A stretch of DNA of 64,000 bases from Zygnema circumcarinatum SAG 698-1b (taxonomy: Eukaryota; Plantae; Zygnematophyceae), in assembly GCA_037447605.1 (NCBI GenBank), contig CM074814.1:1984001-2048000 (forward strand), given 5' to 3'. Shown piece after piece: positions 27,371 through 40,251 of the stretch. The notes under the pieces are model-generated. The model searched no databases. It saw only the letters and a program-made list of their open reading frames with translations, and was not told the DNA's origin. Made by a program: the position numbers and the translations under genes. Numbering within the stretch: the stretch's first letter is position 1; the number at the start of each line of letters is the position of its first letter.

Positions 27371-27552
27371 TTGAGCCTTTAGGTGACTAGCTTTCTGGTT
27401 CAGTCAGGCGTGCTCGCCCCCACGCTTGTATTCCGTACATGTTTCGTACGGTAAGCCATTTTCGTACGGTGGTGCGCTGTAGGGTGAGTGTACGGACAGT
27501 GGTCTGTGTGCCTTGAGCTTGGCGAGGCGCGAGGGAGGGAGGGAGGGAGGCC

Positions 27553-30500
27553 ATGGCGGGCCCGCCCGCGCTGGGCCTTCTGCCGGGGCGGGCCGCCGCC
27601 GGGCGGTGCGCGTGGGCCGTGGGTCCGCTGGGGGGCAGAGGCCCGCGCTGGTGCGTGGGAGGGTTGTTCTGTTAGGGTTTGCGAGGAGCATGGAGGGATG
27701 ACTTTTTTGTATTGGATATGCAAGTTTTAATGAGCGCCTTTTTCGCAGCTGTTTTTTCTTCTGGCTTGTTGTTGCGCATTTGTGATTGCAGTCCTCAAGC
27801 CATTGAGTTTTTGGCAAGCATGTTTGACAATTGTAGGAGCCTTCAAGCATGTGTTACCGTGACTGATGTGGACTGGGCGAGATATGTTTGAAAGAAGGTT
27901 GCGGTCATGTCCTTCTTTCTGTATAGGACGAAATTGACTAGTGTGTCCATCATATGGAAATTCAAAGCTTGCTAAGTCTCTGTCTAACTTCCCCCCCTTC
28001 ATTTTCTTACGCAGGTCTGTTATGCCGGGCTTCTTGCAAGTATCCACTACATTACCAAGGCTTTCCACTTCTCTCCTTAAGGACGCATCATTACTTGACA
28101 TCACGCGAGCAAGCAGCATGCTGCCTCCAGTTAGCTGCAAGAAGCACTATTCCAGGCCGGCCCTTGCAAGAGGTCCCGCTTGCAAAAAACGCTCTTTTCT
28201 TAGACGATTCTTCCTTCAGTATCTAGGAATAGCAACTGCCGCTCTCTTGAATACAGCCTTAGGATGGTTTCCCAGAGGACTGGGACGCAGTGTCGGGCCA
28301 TATAGGAAAGGCTGCCGAGGATTCGGGAGAGGCGGAGGTGGAAGTGGAGGTGGTGGTGGAGGTGGGGGTAGAGGTAGAGGAGCGAGTAGTGGAGGTAGTG
28401 GTGGTAGTGGAGACGAGCCAGGGTGGTATGAAATGGGGACGAGACAGTTTGGGTTTGAAGTGAAAGGGCAGTCTGAATGGGAGAGGTCTAAAGACCACTT
28501 GTCATTGCTGACTGAAACCCTCGTGTTGGGGCCCCAGATAGCTCAAGCTGCCCCTTCCATCATGCTTGCTCATCAGTTGGATCCAGCCGAGTATTACAAG
28601 TGCATAGAGGTTGAGGTGAGGGTAACAGAAGACAGTAGCCCAGACTTGAAATCGAGAGTGAAGCAGATGCTATCTGTTGAAGCAGGCAAGGAGTTTGATC
28701 AAGGGGATCTACTCTATGACGAGGCTTCATTACGGAGGTCTGGATGGTTTAAAAAAGTGCAGATTTCTTGTGAAGCTGGAGATGAGGTTAATGTGAAGGT
28801 GATAGTTGATTTGGAAGAGGCTGTTTATGCTGGAGCCTCCACATGTAGATTTGTTAATGTAGGACTTGAGCAACAGGAAATTAAGCATTGCATGTTGCCG
28901 GATTCAGTGCAAATGGAGTTATCGCAAACATTGGCTTCTGCAGAAAAAGTGGACTTCTGTACAATGAAGGGCATCCAAGAGCAGGTTGAAACCTGGTATC
29001 ATGGGCGTGGATTTGACCTTGCAAAGGTGCAAAGTTTCGACGGATTAGGGAGTGAAGAAGTCATTATCAACCTGGTGGAGGGCGCGATCTCAAAGTAATC
29101 ATTCCTGCTTGCCACCTGCCTGCTTCGCACTTTACGATTTAAAACAATGCAACGCTGGTCTCTTGGCTTCTCGGGAACTGTGTCCGTCCTCCTTTCAATC
29201 AGAGTAAGGCATTTAGTACTCATGGATATGGGAGATTCTATCTCCCCTGTGCAACAAGCTTCACATTTAAACACGGCTATTAGTTGAAATCTCTAGGTCT
29301 GCATTCTTGACGTTCCCGTATGCGACTTGCTAGGATGCCCATTCGACCCTCCTTTTCTTGGCCCAATCCTTCATGTTCCTTCTGTCTATCCAGCATTTTC
29401 TTGCCCGCAGCTGTCCTTTCTCTTTGGTTTCTTCTCCTAGAGCCTCGCTTCTTGTCGTCCCCAAGCCCTAACTCTTTCGCCCTTCCTACTTTCTCCATTC
29501 CTCCTATCAGCATAATCAAAATCCTTTGAAGCCTTACACTGAAGTATGCATGCGCTTTGTTTTGTTGCGAGTTAAAGCTGCAATCCTGGGTGATTTAGCA
29601 GTTTATTGAGGTGATTTCCAGCTCAATGTGAAAGAGATATTGCGGACTCATTATCTAAATATGAGGTTATCTATGAGTTGAGTTTAACGAGCTGGCCATA
29701 TTGCGACTCATGCAAGTTGAAGCTTCGATTTGGTGTGCATAGTCGTTTGTTTCCGAGTGAAATATGAAACTTGTTTTCTTTTGTCCAGTAGGTAGAAGAC
29801 AGGCAAGCAACAGTAATGGAGTGTTCTGTTAGCAACAATGTTGAGGATAAAGAGGTGCCCATGAAGTCAATACGGGGATAATGAGTGATATGTCACAGTA
29901 TACTGGCCCAACGGCTGATTTGAGTTCGATTTAGGCTCGTTTCTGTTACCCTGCGTAAAATATCCTCATGTCTTCTAGGACTTGCTTACCGTCTTGGGTG
30001 GCTTTTGCTTTCCATGTGTGTTTGCACTTAAGCCTGCTAATTTATAGACTTGGTGGTTTCCACCTTGAAATCTCTGGGGCCGTATGGTTTTGTGCTGTGC
30101 CCATTTGCAACTTTTAATTTTATCGTGTAGAGTTACATGCACACATCAAGTGTTTCTGCAGATCCAAAGGCTCAGAAGCATGTGGCAGAGTCTGGGTTAT
30201 TCTGTTGTCCAGGCGGTATACGTCCAGTGTGTGTTTTCCGCACTTAACTTTCACGAAAGAATGGACTGGCTCTGTTTGCACATTTTCCATTTCACCTTTC
30301 GAAAACCTCTAGCATTGGAACCTTAGTGATTTGAAATGTACTGGTCTCAGAGTGAATGTGACGTTTGAGGACAAGTTTGGGACGAAGCTCTCCAAAGGCA
30401 CCCTCAAGCCGGAAGTCATCCTTCAAGAGCTTCCACCCATGGTAGGCCTCCCTCTGCTAATGTTCAGGATTCAGGTTTCCAGCGGACCGTCAGATGAAGG

Positions 30501-33500
30501 CAATCAGCCTTTGTCAGAAACAGTCTAGAAGCACCACAAGGAAACAAAACATGCATCTAGGGTCGACCTGGTGTGTCTGGACAGCTTAAACAATGGTGAT
30601 CAAATGGGCTCATGCTCATACTTTTCTTCCCTGAAATGATCAACAAACCCTATGCACTAAGTAGTTCTGCAGCGCTTGCACTCTTAGCTAGATGGAGCTT
30701 TGAAGCCTCCAGGCTCTAAGAAGTTTATAGTAGTAGACAAGGCCATTGAGCACTTTGGATCATTGAAATTGTAGTGTATATGCATGGTGGAATGCCAATT
30801 GCTTGTCAAGAAGGATTGTGCTGCTTCGGCCTGAATTTCGTTTTTGGTTCCCAAATGGGGTGAATGTCCTCGTCTTCATTAGTTTGTTGGAGTTATGTGC
30901 ATTGAAAAGTGGCAAGAATGAGGCTTTCATCCCGTCATCCTCTCTGTGAAATGTTGTATTTGCTTCATACGCGCGATACAGTTTAAGAGGCAAATACTGT
31001 GAGGATCTGTTTCCTGCATGCTATGAAATGTGGAAGACGGCAGGGATTGCCCGAATTGAACTTGCACATGTTAGTGCTTGGAAAGTTGAAGTTTCCTTCG
31101 GTACATGTACAAACACACAATGTCATTACTGATCAGCCTTCAATGGAGTCCCTGTGCTGAGTTTCGTCTTCTCCTTGTTGCTTTCTGAGTTTCTTCGTTT
31201 CTTCATTACACTTGTATCGTTGTGACAGCTTGCAGAGGGTATTCCATACAACCGATATGCGGCTGCTGAAGCTCTCAGTAGACTGTATGGGTTGGAGCAG
31301 TTCTCATCTGTTAAAGTTGAGCCTCGTGCGGGGCAAACAGAAGCTGGAGAAGAAGGCTCTGTCATTGATATTGTGGTCTGCGAGCGAGCCCTGAAGACTA
31401 TGGAGGCAAACTTTGAATGGGCTCTGAGCCCAGGAGACTCGGACCGCTTAATGCTGGTAAGAACCCAGGAAGCTAACTCGCCTGTGTATCTTCACAAGGA
31501 GGGGAAATTCTACTTGAGCATGGAAGTTCGTTTTCGTAGGTAGTTCAATGTTTGTTTGAAATGAGATTATAGAGTGGGCTATCCAGGGCATCCTCAGGTG
31601 AATGTGGTGCCAGGTGGCAGCGTGTCTGTGGAGCATCGTAACTTGAATGGTTGGGGGCACAGCGTTGTGGCCTCTGTGAGCAGCTCAAGTTTCTTGTACC
31701 CCGAGGTGAGCTGCTCTGCCATGCAATGACTGCTGAGCTTATGAAGGGCCCACAAAAGGGGCTGCGAACTATCCGTGGGAGGATCGTTTCTATGGCTGAG
31801 TCCGGAACACTAAAGAAAGCTTCTAACACCATTTTGTTCCCAACTGTGGATGCTTACTTCCCTTATACATGTCTGCTGCTAGCAGAGGTGAAACGGACCG
31901 CTAAAGGCTGCATGGAGTAACAGCTACCTTAATTATTCCTGTTTGTTTGCAGGATGATCTTGGGTTCAGGCTTGAAAGCCAATTTCCTTTTCAGTCTCCA
32001 AGTGGCAGCACTTCAAAAAGGTCCACAAAACTGCAGTTCATGAACACCCGAGGTTTGTGCGCTATGCTGAGTCCACTCCCAGATGGGGCGGAACGGAGCT
32101 CAATATGGGTGGATAGGGTGGGAATCCGAGCCATGATGAATGAGGTAACCCCATATCTCCCACCCACATGCAGTTTTCAAACCCATTCGTTAACTTACCT
32201 TCCATTCAGTGAGAGCTGGCCCTTCTTTAACCAAAGGTTATGTTTTCTGTGCCTGCAGAAACCGAGTCCTCAAAGCTCCCTTTGTTGGGGTGCGGTTGTG
32301 GAGGAGATTACATCGCGGGATGAAACAGGCTCTGTTGTGACGAAGGCCAGTAAGGTGCTGCCAAGTGGCGCGGAGATGGTTGGACCTCCCACCAGCCTTG
32401 GAGGGAGAGGGAGAGACCTTGTCGCTTTTTTGCAAGCGAATGTCACTCGGGATACAACACGCTTTGTCAATGGAACACTTGTTGGCGCACGAAACATTTT
32501 TCAGGTAGATTAATCTGCATACAAGAATGGGCTACCCACATATGGAAGTATCGCACATATGCGGATCATGTGGAGAAGATTTTTTGGCCATTAAGTGATA
32601 AGTCATTGCGCTGCAACATTTGCGATATCTTGTTGTCAAGGAATTCATTCATTTCTCGGCTCAGCTTCATTGACAGTCCGTAGTCTTTTGATCTGTATGC
32701 ATGTGGGTCCACTGTATTACGAAAAGGCTCCTAAGTGCATCATTTATGTTTGTCTCTGCCCTTCTTATGTGAACTGTACCTGGGGGCATACTCCTGAAGT
32801 AACAGCTTTTTTGCATTCTCTGAGCACTTCATTGCCAAATTATCTGCCAAAGTATCACTTCCAGTTTTATCTCCACTTTATCCTTCGTGACCTCAACTAT
32901 CCTACTTACTTTTAGCTGGCTACTTATACAACCCCCCCACCCTTGTTCCTTCTAAACGTAATTGTATCTTGTTCTGGGCTGGCTACTACCACAGGTAGAG
33001 CAGGGCCTCGCTTTGGGAACTCACCGCCCATTTTTTAACCGTTTCAAGCTCACAATGACGCATTTTTTACAACTAGCAGAGCCCAGTGAGATGAGCAATA
33101 AGAGGCCGCCACCTGTCCTTGTGCTTCATGGTCGGTGTGGAGGATGCTTTGGAGACCTTCCCACCTATGAAGCGCACAATCTGGGAGGCCCATATAGCGT
33201 GAGGGGCTACGCAGTTGGGGACATAGGAGCAGCACGCCACTTCCTTGAGGTGTGTGGGAGTGTTGCATCCCTTTAACCAAGAACTATCTCAACTAACTAA
33301 CTACAGTGTTTCTTAGTCCTTCGCGTAAGGGTTTCCTGGCTGCTACTTGGGCTTGTTTGGCATGTTTCTATCTCTGCAAAGAGGTGGAGAACTCACCTCA
33401 GATTTCATTCGATAGCACTTTCTCATGCCCATTTGTCCTATACGAGATCACTCTTTCACGGCCACTCTGCTCTTTGCTCTTTGCTCTTTGCTCTTTGCTC

Positions 33501-33809
33501 GTTGACGCCAAATTCCCAAAGGAAAACTGGTATATTCTGACAAACAACAAACTAAATATTTTGCAGGTTGCTTCAGAAATAAGGTTACCGGTGGCTTCAA
33601 CCCTCGTATACGGCTTCATTGAATACGGAACTGACTTAGGGAGCTCGGAGTTGGTAGCTGGAAACCCCACACACTTTTTCCAGAAGCCTGGCAGAGGCAC
33701 GTCTATTGGAGTCGGCATGAAGATAACGCCGGAGCTCCGTGCAGAGTTCACGCGGGACTGCAACTCTAATGAAGGCTCAATCTCCATTCGATATGGGGAA
33801 CGTTTTTGA
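27553..33809 (+). CDS. TOC75: Toc75-like Omp85 outer-envelope protein, divergent paralogue A
   Basis: Exons 27553-27605 (inferred from similarity to exon 1 of copy B; alternative start 28022), 28015-29094, 30351-30441, 31229-31456, 31598-31705, 31953-32144, 32259-32504, 32995-33249, 33567-33809. Poly-Gly stretch, POTRA domains, PGGSV..EHRNL, FLQANVTRDTT.FVNG, LGGPYSVRGY, C-terminal YGERF. Confidence 0.88.
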
Positions 33810-34448
33810 ACGATGGTTTTTGGAGGGGTTAAGGAAGCACACGTTCTACCGCTGGCTCTCCTTTCTTTAGGCCGAAGGTTTGCTGCAAAGGCAGGCGGAG
33901 GTAAGTGATATGGTTAGGGCAGGGCAAGTTCATGCAAAAATGAACAATAGATTAGGCGTGATTGGGTCTGCTCATGTGTTAAGTACGTTGTAGTTGATAA
34001 CGTCATTTCTAAGCAAGATAGAATGGAGCATTATGTGCCTTGTTTAGGTGTCTTGTGCGTTATGTTATCACGGTTATCAAGAAAGGGAAGATCAGTTTCT
34101 TGTAAATCCACGTCTATACATGTGCTCGTGTAGATGCGTTCCAAGTTTTAGAATCAATAATAGTTCAAAGTTTCATTGGGCAAAAAACATCTCTATGGCT
34201 CATGTGTTGTCTTTGTTTGAACAAATAGGCATGAGATCACCAGAGAAAGTGTCATTTTGCCTTTTTCACCCTCCCTTTTTTTTTTCAACTCGCCATATGT
34301 TCTCCTTCTTGTTTTTGGAAGTTAACAACTAGCATTTCAGCCTTTCCCTCTGTATCTCGCTATCAATCCCACCATTAACTATTGTCTCTTTAGGGACTCC
34401 ATTTGATCACCACCTCCGGTCAAGCAGTAACAGGTACCTATAAACATT

Positions 34449-34594
34449 AGGGGGGTTCAGACTAAGCAAAGTTTCATACATGTGAAATTCGAATTCACTA
34501 ACTATTTCGCACAGAATTAGTAGTAAAAGCAGAGTCAAAAGTGCTGCTTTCGAAACGAATTTCGTATGGCAACATGCCAAGCCTGAACCCTCCC
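34449..34594. mobile_element. Diverged MITE related to the AGGGGG(T/G)(T/G)TCAGACT TIR family
   Basis: AGGGGGGTTCAGACT...GCCTGAACCCTCCC, preceded by ATT; the right end is degenerate and abuts a second element. Confidence 0.55.
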
Positions 34595-34719
34595 AGGGGG
34601 GTTCAATTTTAGACTTTCTTCAAGCATTTTGAAATCGGAACCCGTACTGATTATGCATCTAAAACAGTACGGATTTCGATTTCCCTTTCTACGATTTCTT
34701 TCTAAAATTGAAATCCCCT
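34595..34719. mobile_element. Second small TIR element directly adjacent to the first
   Basis: AGGGGGGTTCAATTTTAGA...TCTAAAATTGAAATCCCCT inverted termini; no clean TSD of its own. Confidence 0.55.
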
Positions 34720-34937
34720 ATGTTTCTGTTTTCCTTTCCAAATAACAGGAAGGAAAACTATATATGTGCTATGATGAGCTTTGGCCTTGGCCCGCAATGT
34801 ACGGCACAGCTTTTAGCGGTGCTCTCCGTTTAGTCTGAACTCTGCAGACCTCCCCTCTCCCTCTCCCTCTCCCCTCACTGCGCTCACTACCATCTGAAAA
34901 CCAGCTCTAAGCAAATATCGGAACAAAGAGGGCATCC

Positions 34938-37900
34938 CTACGCCTGTACCTCAGTGCCCAGTCTCACGGCAGGCTTCCACATGGGCTCCCTTCCAGTAGC
35001 CACCTTCTGCCGCTTTTCGTGCTCCTCCTGCAGCTCCTTCGCCAGGGCCAACATGAGAACCGCTTCACTCATAAGCGGTCTGCAGCTGTAGTCAGGCGCC
35101 AAGCACCACTTGGCGAGCTCTACCATTTTCTGCATCGCGTTTGGGGCCAGGGTGCCCTTCAGGCGAGAATCGACTATCTTGGGGAAGCGCGCTGTGTTGA
35201 GAAGATACGGCCGACAGAGTTGGACGAGGCTGTGCTCTCTCGCAGGCCTGGAGGAAGGAAAGGAAGGAAGAAGGGTAAGGGAAGAAGGAAGGAAGGGGGA
35301 AGGGGAAGGGGGGGGGGGGGTGGGGGAAGGGGGCGGGGCACAAGATAGGGGGTCTCAGGCTTCAAGCATCATACTCAGACTTGGGGAGTGGTTCTCTGTG
35401 GTAGACATGTGAAAAAGATATACCATGTTCTTAACCTTGCTTACAACAGGAAACACCAAATAGCGTAACAAGGGATCGCTCTGCAAAGCAGCATCTCTCT
35501 TCTACCTGTCAGGATCGAGGCAGGGCCGGCCTGTGAGAAGCTCGAGCAGCACCACTCCAAAGCTCCAAACGTCATTCTTGGGAGTCAGTCTGCCCGTCAA
35601 TATGTATTCTGGTGCAGCATATCCTGCCGTGCCCCTTACCTGCCCACATGCCAAGCTCAATATTAGATGATGGCTTACAGTCGCAGCTGTTCTTGTATAG
35701 ACCAACAAAGCAGCCCATATGAATAAAGATGGTAAGAGCAGAGGAAGGGTGGTGCAAGCAAGGAGGGTAAGTTCAGCAATGAGCCAACCTGTGTTGAGAC
35801 GTGAGTATCATCCCCTTTCGGACCTTCTCGCGCCAAGCCGAAATCAGAGAGCTTCGCATGAAAGTCGGCATCCAAAAGAATATTGGTGGTTTTGAAGTCA
35901 CGGTAGATGACCTGCATTGTAACGAGTTGTTCATGGGAACGGTTAAAGAACATAGCCAGTTCCCTAGAAAAAGCGGAGAGTTCAAACTTCACATATCATG
36001 CCAATATCATCAAGGAATGTCATTTCACAAGCATAGAAACGCACAACGTTGCTGGATGTATAGTCCAGCTCAGGAGGCATGAGCATGCTCTAACAGGCTC
36101 GTGTAAGCCACTGTGGATGTCGTAAGTCCTATGCCAAATCTCCCAATCGACCTCCCTCATCCCCGTTTCGATTCACATGTGCAAATCAAGCATTTCTAAT
36201 CTACCTTCCGTATTAGCAGAACGTGCTAACCTCTGCGAAGCATGCACCAAGCTACCCGAACTAGGTAGCTATTCTTCTGTTGCTTTGATAAAGGATAAAG
36301 GATTGGTTTAACTCACCTGCGGGTCGACCTCTTCGTGAAGGTATGCGAGCCCCTTGGCCGCTTCCAGTGCCACGCGGAGGCGCAGACTCCATCCAAGGGG
36401 GCTCGTGGTGCCGAAAATAAAGCGGTCCAAACTGGCGTTGGGAAGGTACTCATATACAAGAAGCCGCTTTTCGTACTCTGAGCAGAAACCAATCAGCTTC
36501 ACAAGGTAGGGGTGCTCCAGCAATCCCAACATGCTCACTTCCATCATCCACTCTTTGTGCCCCTGCAGCATGCACAGCACAGCAGCGGTAGGTTTCAGTG
36601 GAACATGCTGAGCGGGATTGTGGGAAGAAAGCAGCACATGGCTTCAAAAGACATCATCTTGGCCCAAAACGAATGAAGTAATCATGTACGATTGCAAAGC
36701 AGGCCCTCCAGTCTGAGATTTTTTCGATGCAAGATGAAAGCGCGCATTCGTCACTTGTCGGATAAACGAAATTTTGAACTCATTTGAACTCTTTTGAACT
36801 CCCTTCTCGTCAAAAGGTCATCTCAATGCGGGTTTGGAGGCAGACTTTTACTTCACCTATGCACAACAATTCCCCCTACAGGAAAAGACTCTTCTCGTCA
36901 TGCATCCCATACTTTCCCAACACATGTTCGCGCCCCCATGCAGCTCCTTGCAAGGAGTCGTTGCTATCCCAAATCGTGAACATGTCCTAATGCACAGGCA
37001 TTGCCTGTCACTATGCACGCATACTCTATGGTTTGTTATGAAGTGCTTAAACAACGACATACGTATCACTCGACTCCCATATCTTAGCCACGCAAACAGA
37101 CATTGGCTGATTGTTAGCCAGGCCAACGCACCTGCAGGCTTTTGGAGTCCAACTTTTTGATAGCAACATCAATTAGCGGCTGTTGAGGAAAATGTGCAGA
37201 ACCTCTCCCATCTGTCCTACTATGTGGCGAAAGCAGCCTGATAAAGCCTTTGTACACGGGTCCAAATCCTCCTACTCCAAGGACCAACTCCTGCGAAAAA
37301 TTCTTCGTAGCAGTCCTCAGTTCATGGTATGTAAAGGTTCGAAGTCTCATAATCCTGCCTGTATTTTGTCTATAAATTTCAGAAGCAACGCAGCTTTCTG
37401 GTAACTTTTCAGCCTCCGCTTGCACGATGGACGGCCCGTGGAGCGCTTCTGACTGCGGTGGAGAAAAGCGGCTCTGTTGATTACTTGCAGCGCTTCCTTG
37501 TCTTTCAAGCTGAGGAGGAGGCCGTGACAAGCTCTGCGTAAGCTTAAGAGTCCTTGCAACAGGAGATTCCCCTCCTCTACTTATTTCTCTTAGCTGGCCT
37601 GTAGTTCCGCCCTGCACTGTGTGAAGAGCTGGGCGAGCAGATCCCTGACCTTGACATTTGTCACATTCTGGTGCGGGCTTAGGGAGAGGGTGTGCTGGAG
37701 GATCTCCTGCAGGCATCAAGCTATCGGATTTTCGAACGAAGGAGAGGGATTTTGTAGGACTAGCATGTCCCGAATTTGGTTTGCTGTTTCCTCTTTTTGA
37801 AGGAATTCTCTGCAGCGTCGCTTCACGCCGCATAGGCGGGTTGCTGCCTCTTCCGGGCGAGGTAGGCACAGGAGATCCCTTCCCGCCTCCTTTCCTAACT

Positions 37901-38016
37901 TCCTCTCCGCCATGGACGGCTTCTCGGGATCCAGATGCGCTCCTATTGCTAAATGACCCTGACCCTGTGTGCTTCACACGCCTCCGTGACGCACACCTGA
38001 AACCGAACAAGCACAT
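34938..38016 (-). CDS. Receptor-like cytoplasmic kinase, RLCK-VII/PBL-like
   Basis: Exons 38016-37132, 36562-36317, 35911-35789, 35639-35506, 35247-34938. [79 protein letters not shown]. Start codon less certain. Confidence 0.92.
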
Positions 38017-38460
38017 CTAGTGGCGCTACAGCGGGCCTGCGCTTGTCAGCTACCCTCACCCCTACAAGATAGATAGAGCTATATATATTAGAGATACCCT
38101 CCCTCTTGCAAGAGAGCGAGACAAAGAGAAGCAAGCCTCTACCCTTGAAAAAAAGTGAGCGGAACGAGCCCCTTCTTTCTTCAAGTGCGAGAGCGAGAGA
38201 GAAGAGAGACCCTGCCCCCTGAGAAATTGAGAAAGAGAGAGATGAGAGAGACGGATGGATAGCAGCAGCAGGAGCCCCTGCGTGCTCGGGTGGGCGGGCG
38301 GGCCCAGCGCCGTATAGCCCGGGCGGCGCCATGGCAGCCTGCCTGCCTGCCTGCGGGCGTTAAACAACGGCCGCGGCGGTCCGCTCCGCCTTTGGCCGCG
38401 CGCCGGTCCCATGCCCCCCCATGCATGGCATGGCAAGAATGTCACGCATGCATGACACAC

Positions 38461-38594
38461 CGTACAATAACCGTACGGTATAGTACAGTTATGTACGGTG
38501 AGGCAAGCGATCCAGGCGTGACATGTACGAATTCATACGAACGTTGAGTAGGGTCTCAGCCGTACCGTACGGTAATTGTCCTTGGACCCGTACG
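38461..38594. promoter_or_regulatory. Cluster of 7 CGTAC/GTACG motifs upstream of the RLCK
   Basis: Motifs at 38461, 38472, 38493, 38525, 38561, 38566, 38589. Function is inferred. Confidence 0.4.
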
Positions 38595-38806
38595 GTGTCA
38601 TGATTATGGCCCGGCTTTGACTTTTGAGAGGACGAGACTAGTACTGTTAGGGCGCAAGTTTTTTAACCGACTAATTTTGACTTAGTAAAGAGATGCCTCC
38701 GCAGGTGGAAGAAAGTCAGCAATTGGAGAACGCTTTAATTTTGATTTTGATTTTGTAAAGCTGATTGTGTTGCAGATAAGAAGGGGGGTGTATAGAAGGT
38801 GAACCC

Positions 38807-38876
38807 AGGCACAGGCATAGGCACAGGCACAGGTTAAGATGATATGATGTTATGATGATGATAATAATGTTGATGT

Positions 38877-38910
<34 letters not shown>
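38807..38910. repeat. (AGGCAC)n followed by a (GAT)n microsatellite
   Basis: Read directly; perfect GAT run ~38878-38910. Confidence 0.9.
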
Positions 38911-38911
<1 letters not shown>

Positions 38912-40251
38912 CGCTTCAACTTGATTGCTTCATGAAGTTCAATTCAATTTGGATTTATAAAAGCTTTGGTTTGTACTCGGCGGAGGATGAAGGCATCTGA
39001 TCACGCGATGGACTTACAGCATGATCAAAACTGGTGTTCAAATGTGAATAGTTCTTTTTTCAACTCGAGTTACTTGCTTTATATCGCTAGGATGTTGCAT
39101 GGCGTTGTACTGTGGCAGTCATGACTGAAACTCGCAGTTTGAAAGAATGGCTCTATTTCCAAATGCACAATGGATCTGCACGGGAACTTGTGACGAAAGA
39201 GCATCTGAATTCAACTGCACTGAATCGTACCTTCTGGAAAGGGTAGCACTAGATACATGCAACGAGTTTGGGCGGCATTACTGTTACTAGCGATAAGCTT
39301 CGTCTTTGGCTTTGACTTTGGGCCTGGCTTTGACTTTTTCAAGTAATGGCGAACTTTAAGTGTGTAGCCGGCAGTTCGTTAATTTGGGCAGGGTTGGCAT
39401 TTTCTGGCACCGAATAGTGAAGACTTGTTTCCGGTGTTTGATTCCAGTAGCCGCCACAAGTGCAAAGCCTTCCTTCAGTTGAATATGTGTATTTGGTGCT
39501 GCCTGTGCGTTGGAGTATCTTCCTGGCCCCTTTGGCGGTGTCCTGAGGACAGTAATGTGCGAGTGCATGATAGATTCTTCAAGTAGCTTTTGTAAATTGG
39601 CTCCTTGAGGGCACGGGGGTTGCAAACCGGTCCAATGTAGACTTAAGCTCTGAACTGGATTTGGGCTTTATGGAGCTAAAGATTCGGTATCACTGTCTTA
39701 AACCTTTCTCTATGGCTTCTCCTTGATGCGGCGGTTCCTTGGTTGGACGAGAAAGCAGCTATGTTGAAGCTAAGACGAGAGCTGGGCATGACATAGTTCC
39801 GCAATACGGACTCCAAGTTTGCGCTGATGCGGGCCACATATGGAGCGGGCAATTGACATGTTCTAGCCATCAATTCTCTGCAAACACCGGACCTTCACCG
39901 CGAGGATATTTGGAATTGGTTGAGAGAGCCCGTTGTTGGCCCACCAAGGCCGAATAGGTCTCCAAGAGAGGTTCGTTTTTGTAGCTTTTTTCTGTCCAAT
40001 GTCTACAGTTTTGCCTTGCTACAGTTTGATAATCAATAGTCCCGCTAGTAGACTAAGTTGACAATGGCTGAAGCCGACGGCAAGTCAGCTTGCGAGCGAG
40101 ACCACTGACCGCCTCTCTCTAGAACATAGCAGGCTTCTAGAGAAAGAAAATTCGAAAGTAAGTGTATTGACACAAGGACTTGCAGCGGAGCGATCCCCGT
40201 CGACAGGGGACTCTTAAAACCCGGTTTACAACCAGCAAAAACCCGTCTTTG

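Noticed and set aside
38716-38919. Poly-Ile ORF
   Set aside because: Reverse reading of the (GAT)n microsatellite.
39340-39900. Minus-strand fragment with LCTCGGYW reminiscent of a SWIM finger or MULE remnant
   Set aside because: The downstream CxH is absent, frames are interrupted, and there are no TIRs or DDE motif.
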